From contig JANJGN010000035.1 in the NCBI GenBank assembly GCA_026770705.1, positions 6,386,001 through 6,450,000 on the forward strand: a DNA stretch of 64,000 nt, written 5' to 3'. Each line of letters begins with the position of its first letter. Position 1 is the stretch's first letter. Under the pieces are notes generated by a model that was given only the letters and a program-made list of their open reading frames with translations, ran no database searches and had not been told where the DNA came from. Source of the DNA: Isurus oxyrinchus (Eukaryota). Positions 53,470 to 64,000 of the stretch are shown one piece after another. A program made the position numbers and the translations under genes.

Positions 53470-53909
53470 GCGGTAGACGTAAGGTGATGCAGGAAAATAT
53501 GAAGCGAGACTGTTCTCAAGCATATTAAGGCAAATTAAATGAAAGGGATTACTGCAATTTTGCAGAACGTATTGGTTAAAAAAATCTGTGGAAAAGAACA
53601 GTTAAAGTAGCAGAACATGTTGATAATATTATTAAAAAGACATTTGATGTCCTTGACAGAACGGACATGTAGATGCGAGCATATGAATTAGGAACAAGAT
53701 GGGGCATTTGGCCTCTCAAAGTGCTCCGCAATTCAGTGAGACGATGGCGTTTATGAATGTGACGTCAGCTGCACCTCCATTCTAACCCCGTGTGCCTTTT
53801 GGCTCCCTTCTCAATAAAGAATCTTTCTAACCCATTCTTAAAAAAAAATATTCAATGACTCTGCCACCGACGGTCTCTCGGGAGGAGTGTTAGAGAGTCA
53901 CCACATTCC

Positions 53910-53942
<33 letters not shown>

Positions 53943-54020
53943 TTAGACAGAAAACTCCTTAAATCCGTTTCACTTGGGTTGCTGTTTATTGTTAAACTGT
54001 GACCCCAATTCTATTCCTTT
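53470..54020. mobile_element. CR1 fragments in both orientations, with a (GA)n microsatellite at ~53909-53942
   Basis: catatgaattaggaacaagatggggcatttggcctctc matches a CR1 tail in reverse. Confidence 0.55.
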
Positions 54021-54262
54021 TCACAATGTAAAATTGCAGCAATGGCATATTTGCTCCAGAGTCAAGTTCGAAACTTTTTTGCTTCTTTGTTTCAGCATGT
54101 AATTCTAAACGCTCCGATCGAATATAAAATAACCCAAGCCTTTATTCGCTGAGTATTGATGAAGCAGTAAATTAGGTGCTGATGTTAGAAGTCAGGGCCA
54201 GCTTGTTTACTAAATAAGGCATCTTAACAAACTCAGCCACAGCATCAAGCTACAGAAATCAG

Positions 54263-54334
54263 CACTGAGTCGGAGTCTTGAACCCTGGAGCCCATAGTAA
54301 AAGGCCGATGCTTCAGTGGCCGAGCTATCGGAAC
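54263..54334 (-). pseudogene. tRNA-Lys(TTT)-derived pseudogene
   Basis: Minus strand GTTCCGATAGCTCGGCCACTGAAGCATCGGCCTTTTACTATGGGCTCCAGGGTTCAAGACTCCG shares GATAGCTC, AGCATC, CTTTTA and TCCAGGGTTCAAG with vertebrate tRNA-Lys-TTT; stems are disrupted. Confidence 0.7.
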
Positions 54335-54879
54335 ATGGAACATCCGAAAACATCATACTGACGTTCATATATCACTAGCCAGGCCATTGCTGGAATAATG
54401 CGTGCAATTCTAGGTCATGTTACAGTACGAATGACGCCACTGATTTAAAGGAGAGTGCTTATGCGATTTATTATTCGAGTGTGTAGCTATAAATGCCACC
54501 ATGTCAACCTCTTATGGAAAATATACACTGAATGCAAATGCCTGCACGCTCGGAATAAAGTTGAAATGCGTTTGCTGGAAAGCTAATGCTGAGGCTTGGA
54601 CGATCACGTCCAATAGGCATACCGGGGCTATGGCTGGCACATCCAGATAAAGACCTTTGAACTGTAGAACATTTCTCCGCCGCTCAGGTCAGAACAGGAA
54701 AGACCAGCAGCAATGATATTCCATAATCGGGCACAATATGCAAAATCTAATTCGATTGTTTGTTATGGACATACCACGTCATATCCAACTGGCCACTCCC
54801 AGCTACAAAAGTTCTGATGAAGAAATCTAATTACTATTTTTCGTTATTACTCTCAGTTGTCCATGCCTGTCTAAATCCA

Positions 54880-55135
54880 AAGTACCCTTTCAACCGTTAC
54901 GGGAAGATCCAAATCGTCCACTAATTGTAATCATACATAGCACAAAGGAAATTGGCTGTGGCTGTTGGAAGTTAATCGTCTCAGTCCATGAGATCGCTGC
55001 AATAATTGATCATGGTAGTGTCCTTGGCCCAAGCGTCTTCAGTTGCTTTTACAATAACGTTTCTTCGAGCAGAAGGTCAGCTGTGGGGATGTTTGCTGAT
55101 GACTGCGTGAAGTTCATCGGCATTCGCAAAATTTG
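54880..55135 (+). mobile_element. CR1-type RT fragment
   Basis: GSVLGPSVFSCFYNNVSSSRRSAVGMFADDC. Confidence 0.75.
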
Positions 55136-56096
55136 AAAATGCCGTATTTTTCTTGATCAACCAGTGAGAAATATAGGTTCCGCAATAAGGGAATTCGACA
55201 ATTATTTAACCGGCAAAACAGGATTTTCTCCTTCGGTGAGATCGACATTCCAATGGAGAAATTTGCATATGTCAGTCCATGAAAATCCATCCATCACAAT
55301 TATTAAACATAAAATAACAAGAAAAAAAAAAATGCCTCAATATGCTTTGCCCAGGCCGAGCGATCCCTAATGGGAACATGCAACCCCAAAACTGCAGTGC
55401 GATTCTGGGGCGTCATAGGAATCAGTGAGATTATCACTCATATGCTGTACGATTAAATATGCACACTGGCATTGTGCTGATGGCTGGTAATAATTCAAAT
55501 GTACTAGTCGTTTTGGTGTAGAGAAAATAAGCTTATTGGTGGTTATCTGCAGTGACAGGTTTGGTGGCAGCACTGTAGTAATTTTCATAGTATTACCTTT
55601 GCTCTCATGCTGGTGATCAAACAACTCCAAAATTCCTGACGTAGATTTTAATGTAAAATTACTGTTGTTCACTCTATTCTAATGGTTATTCATCTCAATT
55701 ATAAGTGGTGGTAATGACACTTAACATTAATTGTGGCTAATAAACTCCAAACTTGTTTCTGTCGAATATGTTCCTGCATTAACATTGGTGATTCTGTACT
55801 AATAAATTGTGCTGACTCTAATTTCCATAGCTGATGGTGACCTTATTACAACACAGTTTCTGCTGCATTCAGATAAACATTGCTAGTCTAACTTTACCGA
55901 TGACAAATGGAGTCAAATTTTCTTGCTGTGTCAGAAGCTCTGGTGTAATAGATTTTAGGTTAAAGTGTCAATTTTCAGTCACATTTATATAATATACTTT
56001 ATAATAACCAACAACGCTTCGGAAACTATTTTGATGCTGACATATGGTTAAAAATTACATTTTTTATTAAGTGCATGAATTATACAAATTACTGAA

Positions 56097-56619
56097 TCAC
56101 ATTTAAGAATTGTTTCTTGCTGTTACGAAGTTAATCTAATTGAATCTTAATCATATTAGCCACCTGGCCTCAGTATCTCAGACAAGTTACAAAGGAATTG
56201 CTTTCGCAGGTTTTCTCAACTGAACCAGAACCATGTCATGAAATAAATAATTGTACTAGCATTGGGCATTAACTGAATTATAACTAATGAATCGATATTC
56301 ATATTAGTAAACTTCATTTTCAGTTAAAGCTGGTTAAGTTTAATTATTGTAATCTTTATGCCTGTGTGCAAGAGTGCAGTTTCAGATCAACACTTCGAGC
56401 GGCCGTGCTTTCAAATCCATGATAAGATTCCATGAGTGAATATGTCGTGGCTTCGCAGAGTTCCGACTTTTGAATAGAAAAATTGTACTATTTCAGATAA
56501 GAAAAACTGCAAAAACAATTCAGTTGTAATCTTCTTTGAGATACTGAGGCCTGGTGGCTAATGTGATTAAGATTCAATTAAATAAACGTAGTAACAACGA
56601 GAAACAATTATTAAATTTG
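56097..56619. mobile_element. Fold-back/MITE-like element with ~125-bp inverted arms
   Basis: 56101-56180 (atttaagaattgtttc...gccacctggcctcagtatctca) is the reverse complement of ~56537-56616; weaker pairing continues inward. Confidence 0.75.
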
Positions 56620-57309
56620 AAAGAAAAAACTTGCTCTGTGGTTGAGTGATAGTTATTTATGGCTTAAAAGCTAATGTTCTCTGGGCTTTCGTTGTTAAAC
56701 GAGTACTGAAGGCTCCTTATGGAAGAATTTAGTATGCATCTCCACAAGTGGAATCGCCCCCAAGATAGAGCTGTGGCAGCGTTGCACTTCAATGGACTGG
56801 ACACCTAGAGGAAGTTTTAAAAGTTATTGTCCTGCTTTGATAAGAATAACGTTGTTTGCTTTTTAGGAATCCTTCTAAAATTTATTATCCAAAGAATCCT
56901 GTCTTGCCTTAATTGGTTAAGTGCTTTAGGTACAATAGAACATTTATTAAGTCACTCGAAACTTGCAGGTAAATTGCCGGAAATTAGTTTAGTTTCAGTG
57001 GGAAAAAAATCAAATAATAAATTGGTGGTAAATCGCAATAAGATTAGTTGTTAGTCCTTCGCTAGAATTTCCGTTGGATATCCATCTCAAACATTTCACG
57101 TGACGATAGTACTCGAAATTACTGTTGATAACCTAAGACTAACTTACTGCCTGGCCATATTACCCTAACAATAGTTCAGATGATATAACTGACATTTTTG
57201 CTTTGATTCTGACCCTACCTTCATATGAATTGTCATCAGTGAACACTAATGCTATTAATGAAACCCCTACTATCGGGATATCATGAAGCAATTCGTCTCT
57301 ACCAAAATT

Positions 57310-57490
57310 GAGTGGGGCGGGAGGGACAGATCCAGGGGCAAAGAGGGGAGAGAGGGAGGCAGGAAGGCAGGGATGGGGAGAGAGGTCTGAAGGAAGGTAA
57401 GAATAAGGGAAGTAAGGAATGAATGAAGAAAAGATGGAAAGAAGGAAGGAAGACAAAATGAAAGGAAGTAACGCAGCAATGAAAAAAAAA
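57310..57490 (+). repeat. Polypurine low-complexity tract
   Basis: (GGAA/GGGA)-like degenerate repeats. Confidence 0.6.
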
Positions 57491-60400
57491 CATTCTTCCT
57501 GCCATTCAGTGATCTATGGCGAGGACATCTACCTCAGTGTATCCACTGTTCCCTACGTTGTTACAAACTGGAAACATCAATGGTATGATTCGTGGAGGCA
57601 CTTAGTCAGTCGCCGTGAGATGCAACCGTACTTCATGAAACTTTTGACCATGTATATTGTTTATATGGTTAAACCATATGATGATAAACAAATCGCTAGA
57701 ATGATCGTTTAAATCGGCAGTATTCTGTGAAATAGCTGTCAGCTAAAGTGTTGTGGTTTAAATTCAATGCTCGTCTTTAGAAAGACGTCGTCGATATTGA
57801 AAGGCACTATTTGGCCACGAGCAATGATGCTCAACAGGCCTTGCTTCCTGGCCTGCCATTTAGCAGCGGGAAATTATAGACGGCGTCATTATATTGAACC
57901 GTATTACATCACTCCACGCATAGCTGCGGAATCTGTCCTTTCTGCGAATGGTTCCCAGAAGATTTTGAGCACTCGTGTAATGGTAAAACGCAATTTCTGG
58001 AGGGCAAAGTTCAAAAATGAACTGCAAAGGCCGTAAACAAAACCATAAGGGAGATGTTTAGACATTAGGAGGCATTAGGAAGGAGAGAGATTTCTTATGC
58101 GATAATAGCACTTTAGAACAATAACCGACAAATTTTTAAAAGCCATTATGTAGGATTGTTTTCGTGCGCATATGTGAATGCTATTTACAGTTTTGATCCA
58201 TTCAGCAGTTATAGCCGCAAATGAAATATTATCACAAGCAAGGCAGAACGGAATATTAGGATATTTTTGTCGCTGAAGCTTCTTGCACTTGGAATGCGAA
58301 ATGGCTTATTGGCTGGTGAACCCATTCGTTGATTCTAATGTTTTGCTTACGTATTCCAATTCCTGCCCAACTTTAATTATTTTCCACTTCAGTTCACCAA
58401 AGTGCTGCCAGGCTGTCTGCAAGATCTTTAGCATTCTTACACTTACCTCGATCAGCTGTCCTTCAGGAAATGACCCATTTCAATTTAATTTACTGTCATG
58501 CTATTGTGTATTCACAAAAGTTGACCTTGCACAGACAAGTGCCTAAGACCTAGCTACGAGTGACCTACGGAGACCACTCTGCTGGAAGATGCTATAAAAT
58601 GTAAATTGCTAAGAGCTCGACATTTTTCAAAACCATGAAGATTATTGGTGAGTACACGTGCAGTGCAGTAACTTACTTAATGTTCTGCCATCTCGAAATG
58701 AGTGCACAATCTGTAGTGAAATTACTTACGTAGGTGATCTGGCATAGCTCAAAGCTCATGCACTATGCTCTGAAAAATGTTATGTTGGTGACCAGTGAAA
58801 TACCATTATGGAATATAAATGTCCTTATTTTATTGTCGGTCAATGACCACTATAGGCTGTAGGAGGGAGCGAACATGAAATGGTAGTTCATTGCACTCTG
58901 CTGTTACACCGAATGTGTAAGCACACGGAAAATTTCCTAATGAAAGCATGCTGCTTATTTGTTTTTTTCTCAATTAGTAATTATTTTAGAATATTAGCAA
59001 ACTGGCTGAAAGTAATAATTGTAACGATACACCCCGACTGTTTTCAACATCTGTTTGGGAAAATGAGATCGGAAAGCCGGAATAATGTGGAAAATCTGGG
59101 CTACAATTCAGATTAACCATCTTAAGCTGAAAGAAATATTGATGGACATGGCGGAGAAGACAATGTGATCCTCCATGCATAAATTATAAGCTATTTCAGC
59201 CATATCAATTATCAGCCATATTTTTTAAAAACTGCATATATGAGCTAAGCTGAAAATAAATACATAAACACATATGCTAATAGGTTAAAATTGCAGTTTG
59301 AGTCAATTTTCAGTGATTTTAAATCAACGGTGGCAAAACTTCTAAGAGGTAGTAGTCCAAATATAACTTTTTAATCATCTTATCGACTGCCAAGTTATTT
59401 AACCTTAACTGATATTTTGCGAGCAGGTGTTTTAACTAATAGGCAAAGATGCAGCCTCAAACACCATAATATTGAAATACAAAGGGCGATGTTGGGGATC
59501 AGTTAAATTAACTGTTCCAAAAATATAATCCACTTCCAGAAAACTCGCTGACACGGAAAATGTGAACTCTAAGTAAATGCATCAAATAGGTGCATTTTAA
59601 TGTGAATAATATACTGTGACGCGATTTGTGCATACTGATTAATAACAGTGGAGTCATCAACCTATTATTGCCTATATCAGTAAGTATTTTTCATCTTTCC
59701 ACTGTTTGGCCGAGCAATCTGTGCAGATGTGTTCTCTACATTGATGCATTGATACACCATGCTTATTTTAAAAATTCCGGTGTCCAAATTCTCCGGAATT
59801 ATTCAATCATTCAACTTGAAATAATTTATTTCGTAGCAATTTTTCTTCAAGCAATTTATTGGAGAATGGTCAGACTGTAAGTTGCCTATCATCCTTGAAG
59901 TTCAATTTTATTGAAATCAATTTATTGCAAAATCAGAATCTTCCATTTAGGTTATTCTCAAGGCCAGCTTGTGGGCCTCCAATTGGATTTCCCAGAGTAT
60001 TTACTGCACAACCCAAATAATTGGTGTCAAAATCCAAGAGTTGTTTTCTGCTCAATACCTCACATTCCTGCCAACTCACCAGAAAACCGCTACATTGTCA
60101 TGGCCCCAGACGATATTATGTTCAATATATTCAATGTAACTTAGCATCATGTGGAGTGAATCGAACGGGATGAATGCTGGCGTGGGTGATGGCGCGGACC
60201 GCTTTAGAAGACCAATTTAGCTCAGTTACTAGGTACGTCTGGATTAATATAGTTGAAAATACATTTTTGCATAAAGCAGGACTCCTTCACCGCTGATCAG
60301 GTAAACGTATATGAAGTTTTTTTTATCTGATTAGGTGTTTCATTTTCCAACATTCCATTCATGCAAATTTAGTCTCAGAGCATAACCTTGATCTGATAGA

Positions 60401-60879
60401 TTGATTGAGGAATAGACTATGTTTGTTCATAGTATGCATCTGCTATGTTTGCCGTTCATCTAGCTGTGTTGTCACTTCAAAACTGGATTACACAAATGTA
60501 GAGATCAATATCTAGTATTTCTATCAGAATGGACAGTATACTGACAACACTGAACGGTTATCTGCCACTGTTTTCGAGAAGAGTACTACTTGTAATCTGT
60601 AAAATTTTCAAGAGGAAACTTACTCTTAAGTAAACCTACGAGAAATCTAATTATCGTTCAAATGATTCTGTGATATTGCAGGCTCCCGCTGTCCATGAAG
60701 CTAATTTGTTTTATCTTATGGTGTCAAGGAACCCTAGCATGAATAACTAATGATTGTTTAATTCATCACAACTGTTGAAAGATATTTGTATAATTGGATA
60801 TTAACTTTCACGGTCGCCAAATGTTTTTTCCTGAATCGGAAATGTTGTGCCAATAAAACTATTGAGTTCTTTGTTTCTG

Positions 60880-62568
60880 CTTTCCCAAGTGATAAACACA
60901 ACGGAGCTGTCAGAGAAAAGGACTGAACATCTGAGGGCCCGAGTAACTGGAGGGAATGAATTGCTTCGGGCATGCATGTTGGATAATAATTGCACTAACG
61001 TAATGATGATTGTTTCACTGTGAGAGCGCCGATTCTTAGAAAAGCATTTCAAGGCCCTGGGCAAAGAGCGTCAAGATATATAAAGGAAATTGAAGAAAAA
61101 AAACTCAAGAATGAGGTTGAGGAATCAGGGCTTCCGAGATTATTGTGATGCTTTTCCTGCAAAACAAAGTTTAGGACAACAGTGGCAATTGGAACCGCAG
61201 GGTCTGGGAAATGCCGTGCCATAAATTACATTCGGTGACTGGGCCAGATGAAAAAAAAAATGCAATGATTAAATTTGCGTTTCTTAAAAATTAATTCTTA
61301 ATACTAACTTTAACAAAAGTCAGAATTAGCCGAAGGATATTGCCTCTCGATTCGTGCCCTTACTTCGGTTATGTGTTGGAACATATATACAACGAGCCAG
61401 GATACCTGTTATTTATATTTGAGACTGAGGCCAGTTGGAACAAGCCATACATTTCGATGATGTTTAGAGAAGCAGCCATTCCCACAATCAATATTTCCAT
61501 CCTGAATGCTGTTGCGACCTGTTGCTGCCTCGTCCAAGGGTTGGTCAGAGGCTGTTCACTGCTGATAACGAGCCGACTGTGGAAGTTAGCAAAGGCAGAC
61601 GTATATCTAAATGTCGAAATCTTGGCTTTCACCTCTGAGAATGCAAAACCAATTTTCGCTGCTATTTTGGAGATGAACACTTTGAAACCGATGTAACTAA
61701 CCACACTGATCAGAGTGAGGTATTGTATCCCTTGTGCTATATCCCGCTTTACGACTCAGACTTTTCTGCATTCTTAGCACACCTGCAGAAAGGGAAGAAG
61801 ATTCGATCATTGTTGTGCACACCAGGTGTGTGGGATTTCACTACTTGCCTCAACAAAACATTTAAAACTCCTTGGTAATGACGTAGAAAACTGCCACAGT
61901 GTTCTGCTGAAATGAGGCGAGTTAGCCGACAATAGAATTTGTAACAAAACCAATGTCTCTTAAGGCAGAACATTTCGATCTCTATCGACAGAAGCATCCC
62001 AGATTCTTCTTTGTCTTTATGATGGAGATTCGAGACAACTCTATGGGCACCGTTGTCTCTACTTTCACAAACTCGCTTATGAACGATCAGAGCAGCATTT
62101 ATGAAAATGTTGAATAAAAGTGTTGATAGACGCCGACTGTTGCTCAATGATTGGTGTACGTGATAGCTTCACGGCTTCCTGCTGGTCTATCCTTGAGAAT
62201 TGTAACTGATCATTTGGAGTGCAAATTGGGTAAATTTCCTTCTGAAACTTCATGTGTATCAGTTTGGCTCAAGGAATATATCTAGACACATTTAAAGGGC
62301 GTGATGATAGGCAAAATCAAAGGATATTTTTGTACATTTTGCATTGGTATATTGAATTCAGAGCCTAAAAACTGATGACTGATACGTTAACACCTATACA
62401 AACACTGAAATGCACAATGTACACCCTTCACTACTCCCACTGTGCCTTTCTGGCAATTACATTGATGGCGGTTGAATGGAAGGAAAAGCAGAATCTCGAT
62501 GTCTGCGGCGTACAATTTGCAATTATCTCTCAGCTGGAAAATGTGCTGCAGAAATGTAAAATACTCAG
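60880..62568 (+). pseudogene. NLR (NACHT-LRR, shark NLRP3-like family) pseudogene, large NACHT exon
   Basis: FISNA-like start; Walker A RTTVAIGTAGSGK (~61173-61212); PYFGYVLEHIYNEPGYLLFIFE (Walker B region), GCSLLITSR, VEILAF, EVLYPLCYIP; exon ends ...LENVLQKCKILR at an ag|gt donor (62568/62569); numerous stops and frameshifts. Confidence 0.88.
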
Positions 62569-64000
62569 GTGATGACTGAAATAGTTAAACAGTATTATTA
62601 GTAACTGTTTATTTAGTTGTGGAAAACAGATTATACATTCTCACACAAAAGAAGAAACAAAACACTGAAGAACTTCAAGCACTTCCTTCCACGCTCCTCT
62701 AAGTTCAGCAATTCATGCCCGGCAACTAATGGACTATTTTGGTTATTACTGAATGCGTGGTGATTCTCAGATTGGATACCTGATGACAGCATACTTTTTT
62801 TGTAATACTCGGGTCTCCGAGTTAGTGCTCCCGTTGCCTCAATCACCAAGTATTGCATCACTGTTGGGAAAATCATTTCACAGAACTGTACAAGAGAAAA
62901 GGCCATTCTGTCTATTATCCAACTGTCAAAACTTCTTGAAAGCTGAGAAAATATAAGCCTCCCTTGTCCTTTCCCCATACACCTGAAATTTCCCACGTTT
63001 ATGTGGTTATCCAATTTCCTTTTAACAATAAATAATGGACCATCGTCCCCACAGGACAAAATAAAAATGCGCAAAATAAATCCCACTCACCTTGCTCATC
63101 ACCTGCTTTAAATCTATCGCCTTTATCTAGGTTTTTTAGAGATCCTGCTGCAATTGGCGAACTGTCATTTAAAAGCAGTGATTGAAAGCCGTTTCCAATT
63201 CAGGGATCAGAATACAATATCGGTAAATCTGATGCTGAGCTCGAAGGTGGTAAACAATCCAGTATGGGTTTAGTTTTTTGGTTCATCAAAACCTAGCACT
63301 TTTGCCAAGCTATCATCAGAGGTTACGGCTGGGGCTGGGCGGGGGAGGATCTGCTTGTGATTGGATGAAGGGGATGAAATAAGTTGGAAAGTCTCTCGAT
63401 ACATTCAGATGCAGATACAAATGATGAGTTAATATTCCCATCAGTGGATTCCGTAATACATGCCTTAAATATTTCTAAATGGTTCGCACTTTTGTAAATC
63501 TCAATGCAGAAAATACAATGTTATCTGAAAATTGAGGCATGTCACGGCTATGATCGCGAATTCAAAGCTGATTTCATCCTTTCGGTAAAAGAAAACTTTG
63601 TGTGAGAGACGTTTGTAATAGCTCACTCTTTGTTATGGACACGGTGTTTATATCAGTAAGTCCCAAAACAACTCAACGCCCTCAATGACATCTTGCATTG
63701 CCCACTTAGTTACGTTAGTTAATCAGGTGTGGTGTCATCCGTATGACTATCGTTCCCTTTTCCAGCTCCATCAGGAGACATTCAAACTAAGGGTATAGAG
63801 ATGACTTTCCATAGCTTTTCAGTCAGGCTCTCACATTTAATCATCCTTTCTGGGATTATAAACGGAGATTATATACAGTGGACACAACTTTAATCGTTTA
63901 AAATATTGACTTCAGGACTTCTCAAACATGCTGTCAAGCGACAGTGCATTGTTGAGCCAAAGGAAAAGAACGGGAAAGAAGGGAAATAAGAATTAAATTA

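Noticed and set aside
54811-54825. agttCTGATGAag hammerhead-like core
   Set aside because: No stem II or GAAAC/GUH partner at the proper spacing.
61749-62147. Minus-strand ORF with RT-like LSTLLFNIFINA
   Set aside because: Antisense to the NACHT exon; no other RT motifs.

Overview
Eukaryotic, repeat-dominated vertebrate DNA, most likely from a cartilaginous fish (inferred from its CR1/L2/Penelope/Tx1 repeat content and from GPR139-like and NLR paralogues resembling shark families). I see no clearly intact host gene. The window holds: (i) a relatively young Penelope-like retroelement (PLE) array at 1-4005, with tandem plus inverted pseudo-LTR architecture and minimal hammerhead ribozymes, plus a hairpin mini-PLE and an older PLE relic; (ii) two decayed NACHT-type NLR loci (minus ~6190-8230; plus ~60880-62568 and possibly beyond); (iii) two GPR139/142-like GPCR pseudogenes (29230-30053; 34560-40510); (iv) an intronless UQCR10 retrocopy with an open 63-codon frame; (v) a tRNA-Lys(TTT)-like pseudogene; (vi) a 360-bp-period tandem array built from the 3' end of a Tx1/L1-clade retrotransposon; (vii) a ~520-bp fold-back element, a three-copy C/A-rich dispersed repeat family, and many CR1/L2/SINE fragments. 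All family assignments come from motif recognition by eye, not database searches. Boundaries of degenerate repeats are approximate. I found no firm evidence of a new biological system; the best leads are listed as findings.
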